A DNA stretch of 50,422 bases, filler included, from Sphacelaria rigidula (taxonomy: Eukaryota), in assembly GCA_964200075.2 (NCBI GenBank). It is 3 parts of 3 records of this genome, joined end to end, with 100 filler letters (N's around TTAATTAATTAA, not from the genome) between each part and the next. Parts side by side here need not be neighbours in the genome. Positions count along the whole stretch, not along the records: positions 33,687 to 50,422 come from CAXNAA020001269.1; 2 more parts are not named here. The stretch is one strand, 5' to 3'. Below, one piece after another: positions 33,587 to 46,399 of this stretch; position 1 is the stretch's first letter, and every line of letters starts with the position of its first letter. Below the pieces are notes generated by a model that was not told the DNA's origin, searched no databases, and was given only the letters and a program-made list of their open reading frames with translations. Both the position numbers and the translations under genes were made by a program.

Positions 33587-33686
33587 NNNNNNNNNNNNNN
33601 NNNNNNNNNNNNNNNNNNNNNNNNNNNNNNTTAATTAATTAANNNNNNNNNNNNNNNNNNNNNNNNNNNNNNNNNNNNNNNNNNNN
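33587..33686. other. Artificial contig spacer (N44-TTAATTAATTAA-N44)
   Basis: Identical to the spacer at 16747. Confidence 0.97.
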
Positions 33687-34329
33687 ACTTACGCAGTGAG
33701 TGGCATGTTTTATAACGTCATCGCCAATCGACGCCAACCCCATCGGGGGTCCGCCCCTACAAAGCCAGGACGGAGGACGCCGGCTTCTCGCCGGACCAGG
33801 CTAGGGAGGGGGGGGAGGTCAAGTGCGGGCAATCGTTTTGTATTAGGAACTGCTGGAAAAAACATTTACATTCTCGCGGGGACCCCACGTAAGAAGACTC
33901 GTAATACTAAGGGCAGGACCGTGAAGAGCGACAGGAATCATCGGCCGCCTAACATTCGTCCTCATACAGGACGACATGGGAGGAACAACGACGGCGCTTT
34001 CAATCTCTGACAACATGTGCTCAACACACGGACGACAATGCGATGCAGACATTGTGCATGGCAACATAGGCGTGTCTCACCGGGGTCCCCACGGCGTTTA
34101 CCCCCTCTTCGTCGGAGTCACGGTTTATCGTGTAAGGTTCCCCCGGCGGCGTGTTCATGGTAGCACACCTGCCAATCAGGACCGGAGTGAGCGATGAACC
34201 GTCGGACCCTTGCTTATGCCATGGATTGCCAGTGTCACATAAACAAATCCGAGCCGAATGCGGCCCTACTTGCAACCCCGATGCACAGGCTGACGCCGTC
34301 TTCCACCCCAGGAGGCGGCACGATGCACG

Positions 34330-34630
34330 TACAACAACGTTTTCGTGAGATTGGCAGTAGAGCGTTGATTGAGAGCGGGTTACATCATTTGCTCTACCTT
34401 GTTCATTTTTTTTTCTTATGTGTGTTTTTATTCGCTGGTATCACTGGCGTGAGCTTCCAGGTAACGCCTGTACCGTACTCAGGGATATCAAGGACTTCGG
34501 TGGCAAGTTACAATGGAAAGCGTGTCGGGCCTCGTGGAGGGGTATCTCGGAACTGACGTTAATAATTCATGAACTGACCGCTTCAACGTATCCTCCACGT
34601 CTCAATATCACCAAAACATTTTTACACCAT
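34330..34630 (+). repeat. Dispersed repeat, copy 1 (copy 2 at ~46955-47270)
   Basis: Collinear blocks cgttttcgtga, agtagagcg.tga.tgagag, atcact.gcgtg.gctt, gtggcaag, tcgggcctcgtgga, tgaccgcttc. Confidence 0.75.
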
Positions 34631-35955
34631 ATGTGGCAGCTAACTACAGTGGAGTAGATAACAGTGCAGTAGAGGGCGGGACAGGACCGTACAGCACAGT
34701 ACAGCACAAAGTACAAAGCTGTACATTACTGAATACAGCATACTGTAGGGCAGTACAACAGTGCACATCAATACATGACTGTATCGAATCCCGCTCTATT
34801 ATGCCGCAGTTTACTACAGCATTGTTCACAGTTCAATCTCGCCGACTCCACCACCAAATATGCATACAAACATTTCCTGTGCTAATCTTCGCGCAGTAAC
34901 CATTTGACACGATTATTTTTCAGATGGACAGGATACAATATGGGCTACCCTCTACGCGTCGCCAACCCACCGGTTAACCTCCATGCCCGATGTCTGGTGG
35001 CGTACCACTGCGGTCGCCACGCAGCAATGCAAAGCAACTCGGTCCATACAACATAACTCCGGCAACAGTCACCTTTGCAGCCAGATCTCGGCACCGACGG
35101 TCCTCCCTTGAGTTAAGCTTTCCAAAGATCCCGCTTGTTGGACTCCTACCCCTCCGCAGGGGGCGCGACCATCACGCCAACTGTTCGTGTTCTGCAGCCG
35201 ATTTGAGCTCAAACATTGTACTATGACTTTTGTACGCGACCAGGCACACTAAATGCTTTTTTTTTTTCTTCGCGTCCAGGACTGAATACACAGCGGCCTC
35301 GAGGACTTGTCAATCCGATGTAGCCACGCACAAGAATCTTGCTACACCCACGTATCCAGTTCCTTTACTTTGGCCTCGGTCAATCCTCCAATTATCACGA
35401 TACTTTCCGCATCACAGCTGCTTTCACAGGGGCACAACAGTTGAGCACCGTCACGCGGTCTCTGATCATACTGTGTCGGCAGCACAAGTTATGAAATTCG
35501 GCGCGATACTGTCGACGGGCATCGTTGCCCCCGTCCCCTGTACGGCAGACCCCACGAACAGAGAGTACAAGGTCAACGGGTATGGTGCAAGGTTTTGATG
35601 AGATGTAAAGTAGCGCGCTGCTAGGCAGGAAGTATATACCTCTACCCATCAGCGGGTTGTCTAAGCCACTGAATTGATGATGTGTTGACCGCACGGGTCT
35701 TTTGAATCGGTATCTCTGGTAAGTGTGTGAGATAACTCTCGCCTCTGGGACGCGCATCAATGGTTCTATGAAGCTATTCACAATATATAGGTTCTATCCA
35801 GCACCCATTTAATACACACATCTTTGGCGGCATGATCGCTTACCCACGCGCACAATACGATTAATCTACCCCAGACTGCTCCTGTCTAATCCTGCGTTGT
35901 GCAGCTTCGAACCAGGCTCGTGATTTCTCGTGTGAACCAACGTCAAAAACTTCAG

Positions 35956-36144
35956 GTGAAATTCTGGGAAGGAGGCGATCCTCCGCCGTGTTTCAATATT
36001 GACGGGGTGAACTACGTCTACGTGCGCAAGAACGGGCTTTTGTTTGCGGTTTCTTCCCAATGGAACGTGTCTCCCAGCATGTTTTTGGAGCTGCTTAATC
36101 GGCTGGCAAAGGTTTTCAAGGACTACTGCGGCGTTTTGTCAGAG
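35956..36144 (+). CDS. AP4M1: AP-4 complex mu subunit, first visible exon (5' exon absent)
   Basis: VKFWEGGDPPPCFNIDGVNYVYV...NVSPSMFLELLNRLAKVFKDYCGVLSE matches the AP-4 mu longin domain; CAG acceptor, GAG|GTACTG donor. Confidence 0.9.
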
Positions 36145-36784
36145 GTACTGATGTGCAGTCATCCTTGTCGTACGGTTAGTTTCAGTTGGGCTTCTAGTGC
36201 CAAACAGCAAGGGCACGGTAAAATATGTGTGCTTGCTAACCTAACCTTCACTAAACGGCGGGAATGTCCCCACAACCCTCCAGGTTGGAGATGACGTACT
36301 CGAGTTGCCTCGCGTGCAGCTTTGTGTATCGTACAACTCCGACTTACCTCTACGGAGTCCGAAACGTTGAAAAGTCACAGTATTCAAAGATTCAGCTGCC
36401 GCACGTCAGCAGTTCGCCCAAACGTGACGGGCCTTAAAACCAACGAGCGATTGCTGCGTGATACACTCTTTTACGGAATAGTGGATGTAAAGAGCGCCAT
36501 CTCCACAGAGTCCGGTGGTGGAGGGAAACATTCCTGTGCGCTTTGATTATCTAGTAGTACAGGACGAAAATGTGTCATGTCCCACCCGATCAAGAGGAAG
36601 TCTTTCTTCTCTCCATGTTTTTGTTCACTAATTTTGAGCAATGGAACACAGTTGTACAGTGACCTTTATGTGCTTTAAACTCGAGACTGTCAAGTCGTGT
36701 ACTGGTACAACCACGACATGCGGTGATTTGGCTTTGGAAATATATAGCAATTCTGTTTCTTTTTTGCAATTTCCGGATTCGCAG

Positions 36785-36940
36785 GAAGCAATCCGGAAGA
36801 ACTTCATCCTGGTGTACGAGCTGCTTGACGAGACACTCGACTATGGATACCCCCAGGGAACCAGCACGGAGACGCTGAGGAATCATGTCCGCAACGAACC
36901 GATATTGGTGGATTCGGTCAAGTCGCTGAGATTGCCAGCG
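36785..36940 (+). CDS. AP4M1: AP-4 mu exon
   Basis: [24 protein letters not shown] adaptin mu signature; AG/GT sites, phase 0. Confidence 0.93.
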
Positions 36941-37557
36941 GTAAGTACTGCGGTGAAACAGAGTACGAAGCCAGATAGAGCTACGCGGACACAAGATGTT
37001 AGTAACATAGTTCCATTGCAGTATAATTCAGCGAATGTGTATTGAGATACAAGAATGTGCCAATTAGACCGGACTGCAAGAAGTACTCATGTCATGTTTC
37101 ACCCAGTGTCCGATTCGCTTTTTGGACGTAGCTCTTACGGCCTCGTCGGTTATTGTCGTGTCCAGTCTTGTGCAAAGAAGAGTTGGCGCAGAGGTTGGAA
37201 GCAGCGAGACCGAGTGCCGTGACAGCATGCGAATGCAGTGTTTTGACCGTTGATGGTGATCATATTTTGGCAGCAACGTTATTTGATATCAAGCACGTTC
37301 GCGACTAAAAGCGTGCCGAACACGAGGATTGTTTCCTTTCGCCCCGCCCTTTCACTGTTATTTCGGAATGAGATGTGGTTCCAGGCGTAGCCTGCACAAT
37401 TTACCTGCATGCATCTGGAAATCCCACTTTCATGTGCCATCATGAGGCACAACACTTCATGGTAGCATGGTAACCAAAACTTGCTCCGTTCACCCTTGGG
37501 GTGATTTCTGCCCTGTGTTGTGAAAACGCTTGCTGTGCTATGTAACTCTCATGACAG

Positions 37558-37667
37558 TCTCTTAAGACCAAGACAGCGCCATCGTCGTCTGTGCAGAAGC
37601 CGGTGGCGGGTGGCAATGCAAAGAGCGGGACTCAGAGGAACGAGATCTTCGTGGACATCCTCGAGAG
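37558..37667 (+). CDS. AP4M1: AP-4 mu exon
   Basis: ...QRNEIFVDILER, start of the mu homology domain; phase 0/2. Confidence 0.9.
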
Positions 37668-38131
37668 GTATTGTAACGTCACCTTTTGGTTTCTGGAGAA
37701 AATATCCGTCATTTTACGTGTCCATTTCGTGTTGTCCAGTATTTCTTGTAGCTGCTGTGCTCAGCAGTTCAACGGTGCATGTATTTTCGCCCTTCGTCAC
37801 ATGTAGTGCCGTGCGACTTTGAGTAGGATATTTACTGCAGTTGAGATACGTTTTTGCATTGGGACCTTGTTTTTGTTTACTCATGTCAGGTGTAGTTGTC
37901 TCTCATATGTTGCCCTGCCAAGCAACGTGCCGAGGTGCTCGAATTCGTTTGTATTTTTCGACTTGAAAAAAAATCATGTGGCAATCCACGGGCGACCGAC
38001 GTCACTTGATCCCTACGGCGCAATGCAACTGCCAACTTTAGCGTCGGTGGTGATGATGCATCGATTTGCCGCCCCATCGATTGATCACCCACCCTCCTTG
38101 TTGATTTGTCGATATTTGAAACTGTGGGCAG

Positions 38132-38214
38132 GTTGAATGTACTTTTCAGTCAAAGCGGGCAGGTGGTGAACAGCTCCATCGACGGGTGCATACAGATGAA
38201 GAGCTATCTCAGCG
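38132..38214 (+). CDS. AP4M1: AP-4 mu exon
   Basis: LNVLFSQSGQVVNSSIDGCIQMKSYLSG; phase 2/1. Confidence 0.92.
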
Positions 38215-38809
38215 GTGAGCCGAGCGCACGTTATACTTTCCTAATATTTTTCGAATGTTTCGCCCATGTGCACTACACAAGATATTCTGCATCTATCCCA
38301 TCAAACCCTCCGCTTGTCGGTGGCCACATGCACACCAGAAGTTGCAGGAGAAAGTCTGCACTCGGAGTGGGTATCTGGCCCAGGCCTGCTTGATACTGCA
38401 AGGCTAAATAATCTGGCTCAGCACCATTGCTGCAATTATATGTCGAAGTCCAGTGCCCCGGCGCACAGCAGTGCCCGTTCGAATCCTCATCCTATGTCCG
38501 TTGGTGCGTCGCTCAAAATGACAAGTCGTCTCTGTTCCATTAATGTTGGTATCAAATGAGATGGGCTTTCTGAGATGATGCTGCAGCGTCATTTAGGGTA
38601 GGCCAAGGCTCCCGGTCCTTCATGGGCTGACTGTAGGACAGGACATCATTGCCTTCACCGGGAAGAGCCTTTGGTGAGGCGTAGCGTGCGGTGCGCGAAT
38701 GCTCCTGCATTCGCTATCCCCAATGCTTCTTGATAAGGCGGTCAACATCACCTCCATACGCACCGTCCGTGACTTTCGTGTGATGTCTTTGTGTCGGTGT
38801 GGCTTGAAG

Positions 38810-38898
38810 GGAACCCCGAGCTTCGGTTGGCTCTCAACGAAGACTTGATTGTGGGAAAAGCGAATGGCACGCCAGGCTTTGGCTCCGTCGTGTTGGAT
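38810..38898 (+). CDS. AP4M1: AP-4 mu exon
   Basis: NPELRLALNEDLIVGKANGTPGFGSVVLD; phase 1/0. Confidence 0.9.
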
Positions 38899-39412
38899 GT
38901 GAGTGCCAGATGACGCCGTGCGTATGTAAGTGTCTTTTTGCGATCACCGGGAAACTCGCTTCGGGGCAAAGTATTTCTATGATAACGATAACTACGTGGC
39001 TAGCCTAGAGAATCGAATAATCACGTTCATGGTCACATGAGGGTAATCTGCCGCGGTTTGGGGCGCGTCAGTGTAGGCTTCATGGGCCTATAATGTCATG
39101 TTTGAATGTTTGAAGCTGTAGCCTTGAAGTTCGGGGTCAGATTGGGGTTCACAAATGAACGACGCGACAAGGCAGGAACACACGAGAATCCGGTCCTGAA
39201 GAAAACAAGTGTACTTCATAGATTACATGTTTTCGCTTCGTTTGCATTTTGATGTTGGTCTTTGAGTAGCACGTTTAGCAATACACGGAAAACCGACTGC
39301 AACATTCCGTTACACTTTCCCAAGGAGGGTATGGTCACTGCAAGCTATGTTTCAGAAATAGTGTATCCTCGCCGATGGCCACTTCACAATTTTATCTTGT
39401 TGCACGCAACAG

Positions 39413-39579
39413 GACTGCAACTTCCACGAGTGCGCCAAGCTGGACGAGTTCGAGTCCAAGCGGCAGCTGAGCTTTACGCCGCCAGACGGGGAGTTTGCGC
39501 TCCTCAATTACCGCATCAATGCTGAATTCCGATGCCCATTCAGGCTGTTCCCGAGCGTATCCGACATTGACCCCTATAG
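39413..39579 (+). CDS. AP4M1: AP-4 mu exon
   Basis: DCNFHECAKLDEFESKRQLSFTPPDGEFALLNYR; phase 0/2. Confidence 0.93.
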
Positions 39580-40315
39580 GTATGCAGGCGCAGCAGTCGT
39601 ACGTGAGGTGCCCAGCGATGAAGCGTCATCGCCGCTGCGGCCCGTTTTCTTATGTCCTAAAATGGCGTTATGACGCGCGACCGCTGCGAACACGCTAGAT
39701 CATAGTAACAGTAGTTACGGTAAGACGTTCGCTTTTTGTATCTTCACGCTCAATGTTGCGGTGGGCAGGGCGGAAATCTGCGGTAGCGCGCATCACTTCA
39801 TGCGAGTAGCATTCATTGGCGTGAGGTTCTCCGTTATGCGCTGACTGATAGGCGTCCAACTCTTTGACAACAACAAAAAAATGTCTTTTTTCAGACGATT
39901 TGTGCTCAAGGTGAAGCTCCACCCGGACAGAAAGGTAAGATGGCGCACACGGCGTTAGTCATGGGTACATACAGCAATCTGGATACATCATTTTCGAAAC
40001 GTTTTCTCCAGGAACGTGTCTTGGTATCATAACGCGGGGCTCTTTCGCATCGAAGTTGCTCCAGTCGGCAGAGAAGAGGGGGAAACCCCGAAAGATATCC
40101 TGCCGCACCGTTGCCAGTGAGTCTAATACTCGCGCTCGTTACGGAGGGGGCGAAACAGACATACTGAGGTTTCAATATATATGTAAATTGTGTGTGTTTC
40201 TGTTTGTTCTGCAATCTCAATTCAACGCCGGCCAACACCCTCACAGGGTATAGTTGCCCTTGTATGCGATCTCCCGTCGTTCCATGTCTTGTTTTTTTTT
40301 TTCAACACTGGGTAG

Positions 40316-40424
40316 AATGGAGGTCGTGGTCATCGTTCGGGCGGACATGCCGGAGACGGCGGCGGGAACCAACGTAGTCGTTCGCGTGCCTGTACCAAGA
40401 AATGCGGTCAGCGTGAACACAGAG
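40316..40424 (+). CDS. AP4M1: AP-4 mu exon
   Basis: MEVVVIVRADMPETAAGTNVVVRVPVP; phase 2/0. Confidence 0.88.
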
Positions 40425-40669
40425 GTACGCGTTGTTCATCACCATCGTGGTTCTCAAATTTGCTCAGACGCGCGACATGCTCCTGGTTTCGTCAGCTAGG
40501 CAACTCGCGTCTCTCACCTTCGTCGCTGTGTGCTGAGTTATCGATACCTGCCCCAAGCGGTGCGTGTGGCCGCGCGTGCAGAATGCCAGTGCGTGTGCAT
40601 TGGTGCCTTTTGTGATGGTTTTGCGTTCTTCTTCCGGGTGTCGTCTGCTATTTCCGGTTCCTCGTGCAG

Positions 40670-40723
40670 GTGGAGATGAGAGTGCCGGGCCAATCGGCGG
40701 AGTACAGCGCCAACGAACATCGG
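40670..40723 (+). CDS. AP4M1: AP-4 mu exon
   Basis: VEMRVPGQSAEYSANEHR; TGCAG acceptor, CGG|GTGAGC donor, phase 0/0. Confidence 0.82.
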
Positions 40724-41295
40724 GTGAGCTAACAATGTACAGCCTAAATAATGTTATGGCAATGTTAAAAGAAAAATCAGGTAGGATGGTTGCCTCAGTA
40801 TTTTATTACTTGTTGATTCACGCATCTCTCTAGCGAGTATGCACTATCCACCTGTTCCGGTGAACGTGTTTGTCTGGGCAACACATGTGAACGCTTTGGT
40901 TTCAGGGTTCCCAGCTCCGACCTTGTTAGGACAAAAGGTTTGTGCATCGCCGGTGAAGCTAACCCACGTCAAGTATGTGGCGTGCCCACTTGACCTCAAA
41001 ATACAGCGCACGCTATGTGCAATGTTCCATGGGCATGTTTCCTGTGTAGCGATGCCAAAAACGTTTTGGCACCAGAGAACTGTGTCGAGCAGCCTTGGAA
41101 GGAAAGACGCACGTCTTCTCTGTCCAGACGAGCAGTGCTCTCTGTCCATGTGACGAGCTCCGGGCGTTATTTGGCACTAGCATCATGTACTCCCGGTGCA
41201 GTAGTGTTGAGTCCGCCTTGATGTCGGGGCTCGCGCGTCGGCGCTCTGTTTGCTTGTTGCTGTGTTTTGCGCTTCGTATTCCCCGTGTCGAAAAG

Positions 41296-41394
41296 GTGCT
41301 ATGGACGATCAAGAAGTTCCAGGGGTCCTCGGAGCTAACGCTTCGAGCGAAGGTCACCTTGCCAACCGTCGTGAATGCAGCGGCCCGAAAAGAG
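41296..41394 (+). CDS. AP4M1: AP-4 mu exon
   Basis: VLWTIKKFQGSSELTLRAKVTL; phase 0/0. Confidence 0.88.
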
Positions 41395-41813
41395 GTTCGG
41401 TCCTGCCAACGTATTCCTTGAACATCCTTCTGTTTCGTGGTGCTGATGAGGGTGTCCACGAACAGTATCTGCGAAGCCCAGTGTCCGTATTTCGTTGGTT
41501 ACAACAGTGTGGCTGTTGTTGTGCATAACCGAATGACATTGCGTACTCGCTTCATAACGCCGTGACATGAGACGGCACCCGGATGGGCGGGGGCGTACAG
41601 GCAACACTTTGCCTTCTCTGCAGTATAGATACGATGGAGAATAAGTGCAAGAGTTCCGCTGTTTTGTCGAGTAGGGTGGGACATTCAGGATTGTGCACAC
41701 TAATGCCTTGTAGTCATGGGACGTGCTGCCAAAGTGCAGTTACCTAAGGAATTCCCAAATTCCAAATCTGCCTTGCATGTTCTGCCTTGTTTCTTGTATG
41801 TGTGGATGCTCAG

Positions 41814-41920
41814 GTTGGGCCGGTGTCGATGCAGTTCGAAATCCCCATGTATAATGTCAGCAACCTGCAGGTGCGGTATCTCAAGATCGCCGAGTTTGCC
41901 AAGTCCTACAACCCCTTCCG
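41814..41920 (+). CDS. AP4M1: AP-4 mu exon
   Basis: VGPVSMQFEIPMYNVSNLQVRYLKIAEFAKSYNPFR; phase 0/2. Confidence 0.92.
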
Positions 41921-42110
41921 GTGAGTGACTTGTGTTCAACATGATATGAAGGATACGAAATATCGAATACATTTATAGTAAGTTGTGCTCGGTAGGCAGG
42001 TTTTGATGTCGTTGGAAACGGGTAGGGTGAAAACCCCCGCCATCATGCTGATGAGTACAGAGAAGGAGTTTCGGCCCACAAACACGGCAATCCAAAAGGT
42101 GTGTTTGGTA

Positions 42111-43773
42111 CAGGCTGATACGAGGGACACTCCCGAAATTTTGTCGGCCAGCGTTTTCTCCACGCACATGAAGTAGATCCAGATAAACGAAGTATGTGAA
42201 TGCTTCTTAGAGTGTAGGAAACACAGTGGCATATGTTTTCCCACAGTGTCAGGACGTGATGGGGCAGTAGGGACGTGCGAAACAGGAGGTCTCGAAGTAC
42301 ATAAGAGTCAGTGTGGATGGAATCTCCGAAAAGCCAACTGCGCCGCTATTTTTGGGCCGAGTTCTCGTAGATGCGCCGCATTTATGGATGCTTGATGTTC
42401 ACCGCGAACAGTCATGTGCATCTTGCACGAAGTCGCGGGAACAGCGGAGCGTGAGTTGTAGCCAGCACTAAAGTTGAGAAGACCTCCTTCACGACGTGAG
42501 CAGATTTGAGTCATCACAGTTTCGCTTATAGTAAAAAAAAACCCGACCTTCTCGCCGCAATCCCATCATATGCCCTACAATTTCGGACACATTTTCCGGT
42601 TCGCTGCATTTTTCAGGCCGTTTGTAGGAGTCAGGAATATTTTTTTACGCACGTATTACTACATGAAGCCCAAGGCCCCAGTGTTTGAGACAATTTAGTT
42701 TCGCTCGCTTTCACCAGTTTCCTGGGGCCCCCGAAATGACTGCTCTACATTCTCAGAACAATTTCACGTTTTCTCCATTTCTTTGGACATCTTTACAAAG
42801 GAGTGGGTCATGTTTCGCACACGTGACCTAAACAAAGCCCAAGGTCATTGATGTCGAGGTGTTCCTATCTCCTCCCAGTTTTCATCGGTTTTCTTGGCTT
42901 TCAGACAGTTGTATACTCTACATTCTCGGACATTTTCACGCTTCCTTTAATTTTCACACCGTTTTCAAGAGTTGTGATACGAAATTTCACCCACGTCAAC
43001 TCATATAGGCAAGCGCAAAGTCCTCAGTATTTGCCGTTTGGAGAATCAGTCGGATTAATCGATTCCGCCTCGTCAGCAGTCGCCGGGAGCGTACGGGAAG
43101 GCCACATTCTCCAAACATTTCTATGTTCGTTTCATTCCTCACGCCTTGTGAGGAGTTGCAACACCAAGTCTTTCGCACGTGCTCCTGAATGCTAGAGCAA
43201 AGTCCCAGCAACTGTGCCAATTGTGTGTCTCGCTCGGTTTCACCGCTTTATGGGGTCCCTTTTCGCGGCAAATGGCTGGGGACCCCAGGCAGCGGTGAAA
43301 GTGACCGAAATGTATCATCAACAACACCGGCGACCGCGGCATTGCCTTCAGGGGCACGTGTGTAAAATTTGGTGTCTCAAGTCTTGAAAACGGCGTGAGA
43401 AATGGCTTTCCCGGACATCCCGTCATGTCCGTCAGACTCTCGGAACAAATTTACGTTTGCTCCATCTCTAACCGTTTTTCAACGTAGGACGACCAAGTTT
43501 TACGCACGTGTTGCTAAAGGTGAGCCCGAGGTGATAAGTGTGTGTCAATTTATTTTCGCACGATCCACCGATTTCTGGCAAGTGTTCCCGCGGGAGATAA
43601 CCGTGGACTCCAAAAAATTGGTGGAAATCCACCGAAATTCAAGACGCCCACACACTGGCGACGTCGGGCTTGCCGTCAGGAGCACGTGTGTGAAATTTGG
43701 TGTCGTAACTCTTAAGAGCGGCGTTAGAAGTGGCTGCCCGAGAAGTTTCTGGAGTGTCCCTTGTACCAGCCTG
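42111..43773. mobile_element. Tc1/mariner-type non-autonomous element, 1663 bp, in the last AP4M intron
   Basis: TA|CAGGCTGATACGAGGGACACTCC ... GGAGTGTCCCTTGTACCAGCCTG|TA; repeated internal ~40-bp motif in both orientations. Confidence 0.88.
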
Positions 43774-44049
43774 TAGGCATGTTTTGATGTCGTCCGAAAC
43801 GAGTATTGTAGTGTGAACCCCCCGCCATCATGCTGATAGTACGGAGGGGATTTCGCCCGCAAACCAGTACGAAAATCTTGTCAGGAACTGGTCGATCAGG
43901 GTGCACTAGTTTCAACCTTCCAGTGTGCGCCTTGGACAGTCGGAAGAAATATCACTTCAGGCGTACGCCGTCACCGATTTCAGGGTCCGAATTTTCACCC
44001 CCTCTTGGATACTACCCCCTTCCCTCTCGCCGTCCTGCGTGTGGTTCAG

Positions 44050-44098
44050 ATGGGTCCGATATGTGACACAATCATCGTCATACGTTTGCCGGGTTTGA
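44050..44098 (+). CDS. AP4M1: AP-4 mu last exon
   Basis: WVRYVTQSSSYVCRV*, the conserved mu C-terminus; TTCAG acceptor, phase 2. Confidence 0.92.
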
Positions 44099-45269
44099 TA
44101 CGGACCTCCTGTGCGAGGTCAAGGGAATGCTGCCCCGATCGCCTGCGCTAAAGGACCAAAGAAGTGCGCTTCTTCTCTTCGAAACTGCTTGTTCTCGGCG
44201 ATCGACCGTCGATTGCTGACTTTTCGCGTAGAAGGCAGATGTAATTCGTCTGGTTGAAGAACAGTTGGTGACACTTGGCGACTCTCTGTCTGTCATGAGC
44301 GTATGCCACTACAAGAGAGCGGGCCTGGTGAGCTTGATCAACTTGTTCGTGAGGGGCGTCATCATAAGACGGGACTGGGACTCTACACTTTCACGGAACT
44401 GAGTCTGAAGAGGCACTCCTGCGAATCACTCGCGCGATATTTTTGAGAAAAGGGACGGGCCCATAAGGGTGGTATCGAACCAGGACTTGATCCAAGATCG
44501 CCGAAACCGTTCGCCGAGCTGCGAATCCCTGCTTAATTAAGTGTGCCATGTTCGGGGCCGACGAAGGCCGCTGCAGTGCCAACACCAAATACGTGCAATT
44601 TCAAAGGACCTCATAGGGACATGAATTACTATTTGTCGTTACTTGTACTGAGGGCGTTGGGACGGCCCTAGATATCATTATTATCATTTCCTTTGTGGTG
44701 ATTGGTCGCCGTGGTTCTCCACATGTACTACTGCATTTATCGCTGCAGTCTGACGCGTCAACCACACCTCTCGGCCACGTTCAAAGGCTAGAACCTCGAC
44801 TTGATTGTTCGCCGTAGACAGGAGCAGCAGTACGCTCCGAACGTGAGTTACACGTGACGAAACAACGACAACATTCCTGACAGGAGAAATGCTGGCCATT
44901 TTGCGCGTCTCTTTCGTCTCTCCTTTTCCTTCCTTGTACAAGCGAAGCCAGTCCGACCCTAACGAAGGCAGGTCGCCTAACCTCGAGCAACAGGGGTTCA
45001 TCGTTGACGGGTGAAACATAGCGCAGTCAGTGTGGGTGCGCCCGTGATTGGCACGGCGCTCTTCCAGCTGCGTTGCGCAGAGTACCACGGTGCGCTAGTG
45101 AAAGTACGTATCTGAGAATAACCGCGATATTCAAGAAGCACTCCTGCCTGCGTCACCCGACTTCAGGCACGCACAGTTCAATACTGAAGACATCACGCGC
45201 ACTAAAATTATTTTCTTTATTTCGTCATCATTGTATTTCAATTCCTCCCGTTCCCGGGGACAAGCCAGC

Positions 45270-45520
45270 GGTCTCAAGGGATCAACCCATCTCTCTCTCC
45301 CCCCGTATTTGTCATACTTTGGTACCAAGGAGTTGATCAGCACTCCCGCACCTCGTCGACTCTCGTCAAGTGAAGTTGATTTGCTTCTTACGCCCTCGCA
45401 TTCTCCACGACGGTAATCAGATGTTTTTCTGTAAAATACCAAACGCATTTGCCGGGATTCGAACTCTCCACATTCCTCTCCAACGTGTTTCGTGTGTATC
45501 GATTAGACCACCGCGGCGCG
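45270..45520 (-). mobile_element. tRNA-derived SINE-like element
   Basis: A-box-like GGTGGTCTAATCG and B-box AGTTCGAATCC on the minus strand; body homologous to 12540-12680; may extend further left. Confidence 0.75.
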
Positions 45521-45720
45521 ACGCTACATGGTATATATGATTTTGCTTTCCCAGGGGATCATCATGATAGTGGGCACTTGTGCTGCTGACATGCCGCCGT
45601 GTGATAAAATATGGAATGCAGGACGTGGGGCCACACCATCTAGCATGAAATTGTTGTGTCCGAAAGCCGATACAAACTTTCTAATTATACTGCCACCGGT
45701 AATAACGGGTCTAATCTCTT

Positions 45721-45978
45721 TCATCTCCTCAGCGCGGGCGCAGAGATCGAATGGTTCATTCCCTTGCCACCGGCATTGCCTCCACCGCCCAACGGCGGCA
45801 GAGTTTGCGCAGAACCCGAGTTGCCTCTTGAACGTGCCCGTTTCCTCGTGCCGAAAGTAGTGCCTGGTCCCGATCCGTACCCTCGGGCCGCTTCGAGTTC
45901 CACGCTCGACACGGATTTGAGCATCTTGCTATCTTCCCTCCTCACCCAGTTCGTTCGAGCACACGCTTCTCCCATTAG
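45721..45978 (-). CDS. Coiled-coil protein, last exon
   Basis: CTCTCTTCAG acceptor, LMGEACARTNWVRREDSKMLKS...ALRR*; phase 0 with the upstream exon. Confidence 0.7.
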   Translation of the reverse strand, partial: LMGEACARTNWVRREDSKMLKSVSSVELEAARGYGSGPGTTFGTRKRARSRGNSGSAQTLPPLGGGGNAGGKGMNHSISAPALRR

Positions 45979-46399
45979 CTGAAGAGAGGGCGATAGGGTG
46001 ATTTTACACGGGGGGGTGCAACGGAGCGTTTCATTGGAGAGGCTATTGGGAGCGGTAATCGTGAACATGTAGGCTGTGGCCAGAAGATACCCGACACACT
46101 GCAAACAGTTGGCCTTGTACCGGTGAACTCTGGCACACGCTGTCCCAAGGCGTGGGTTTACAACGTCCATGAGACGTGAAATCATTGTTTTTTCCTTCTC
46201 CATCTCGTTTCCACCCCCTTTCCTTTCGCGGGAAGAGTCCGGGGTATCTAGGGATAAAGTGCTCTCCGCCCACGTGTATGCCATGTGTTTAGTTTTTGCG
46301 GATTGAACTAGCACTTCCGCACCGTGTCGATTCACGTCAAACACCTTCTATGCTGCTCATGCCCTCATGTTTTCAATGATTGGAATCAGTTAACTACTC

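Noticed and set aside
45440-45520. Functional tRNA genes at ~12460, ~45440 and ~46400
   Set aside because: A/B boxes are present but I cannot fold a cloverleaf; two are attached to a repeat body.
45979-46344. Upstream part of ORF 45721-46344 as coding
   Set aside because: A strong acceptor at 45979 fits the phase of the upstream exon; the 5' part is more simply intron read-through.
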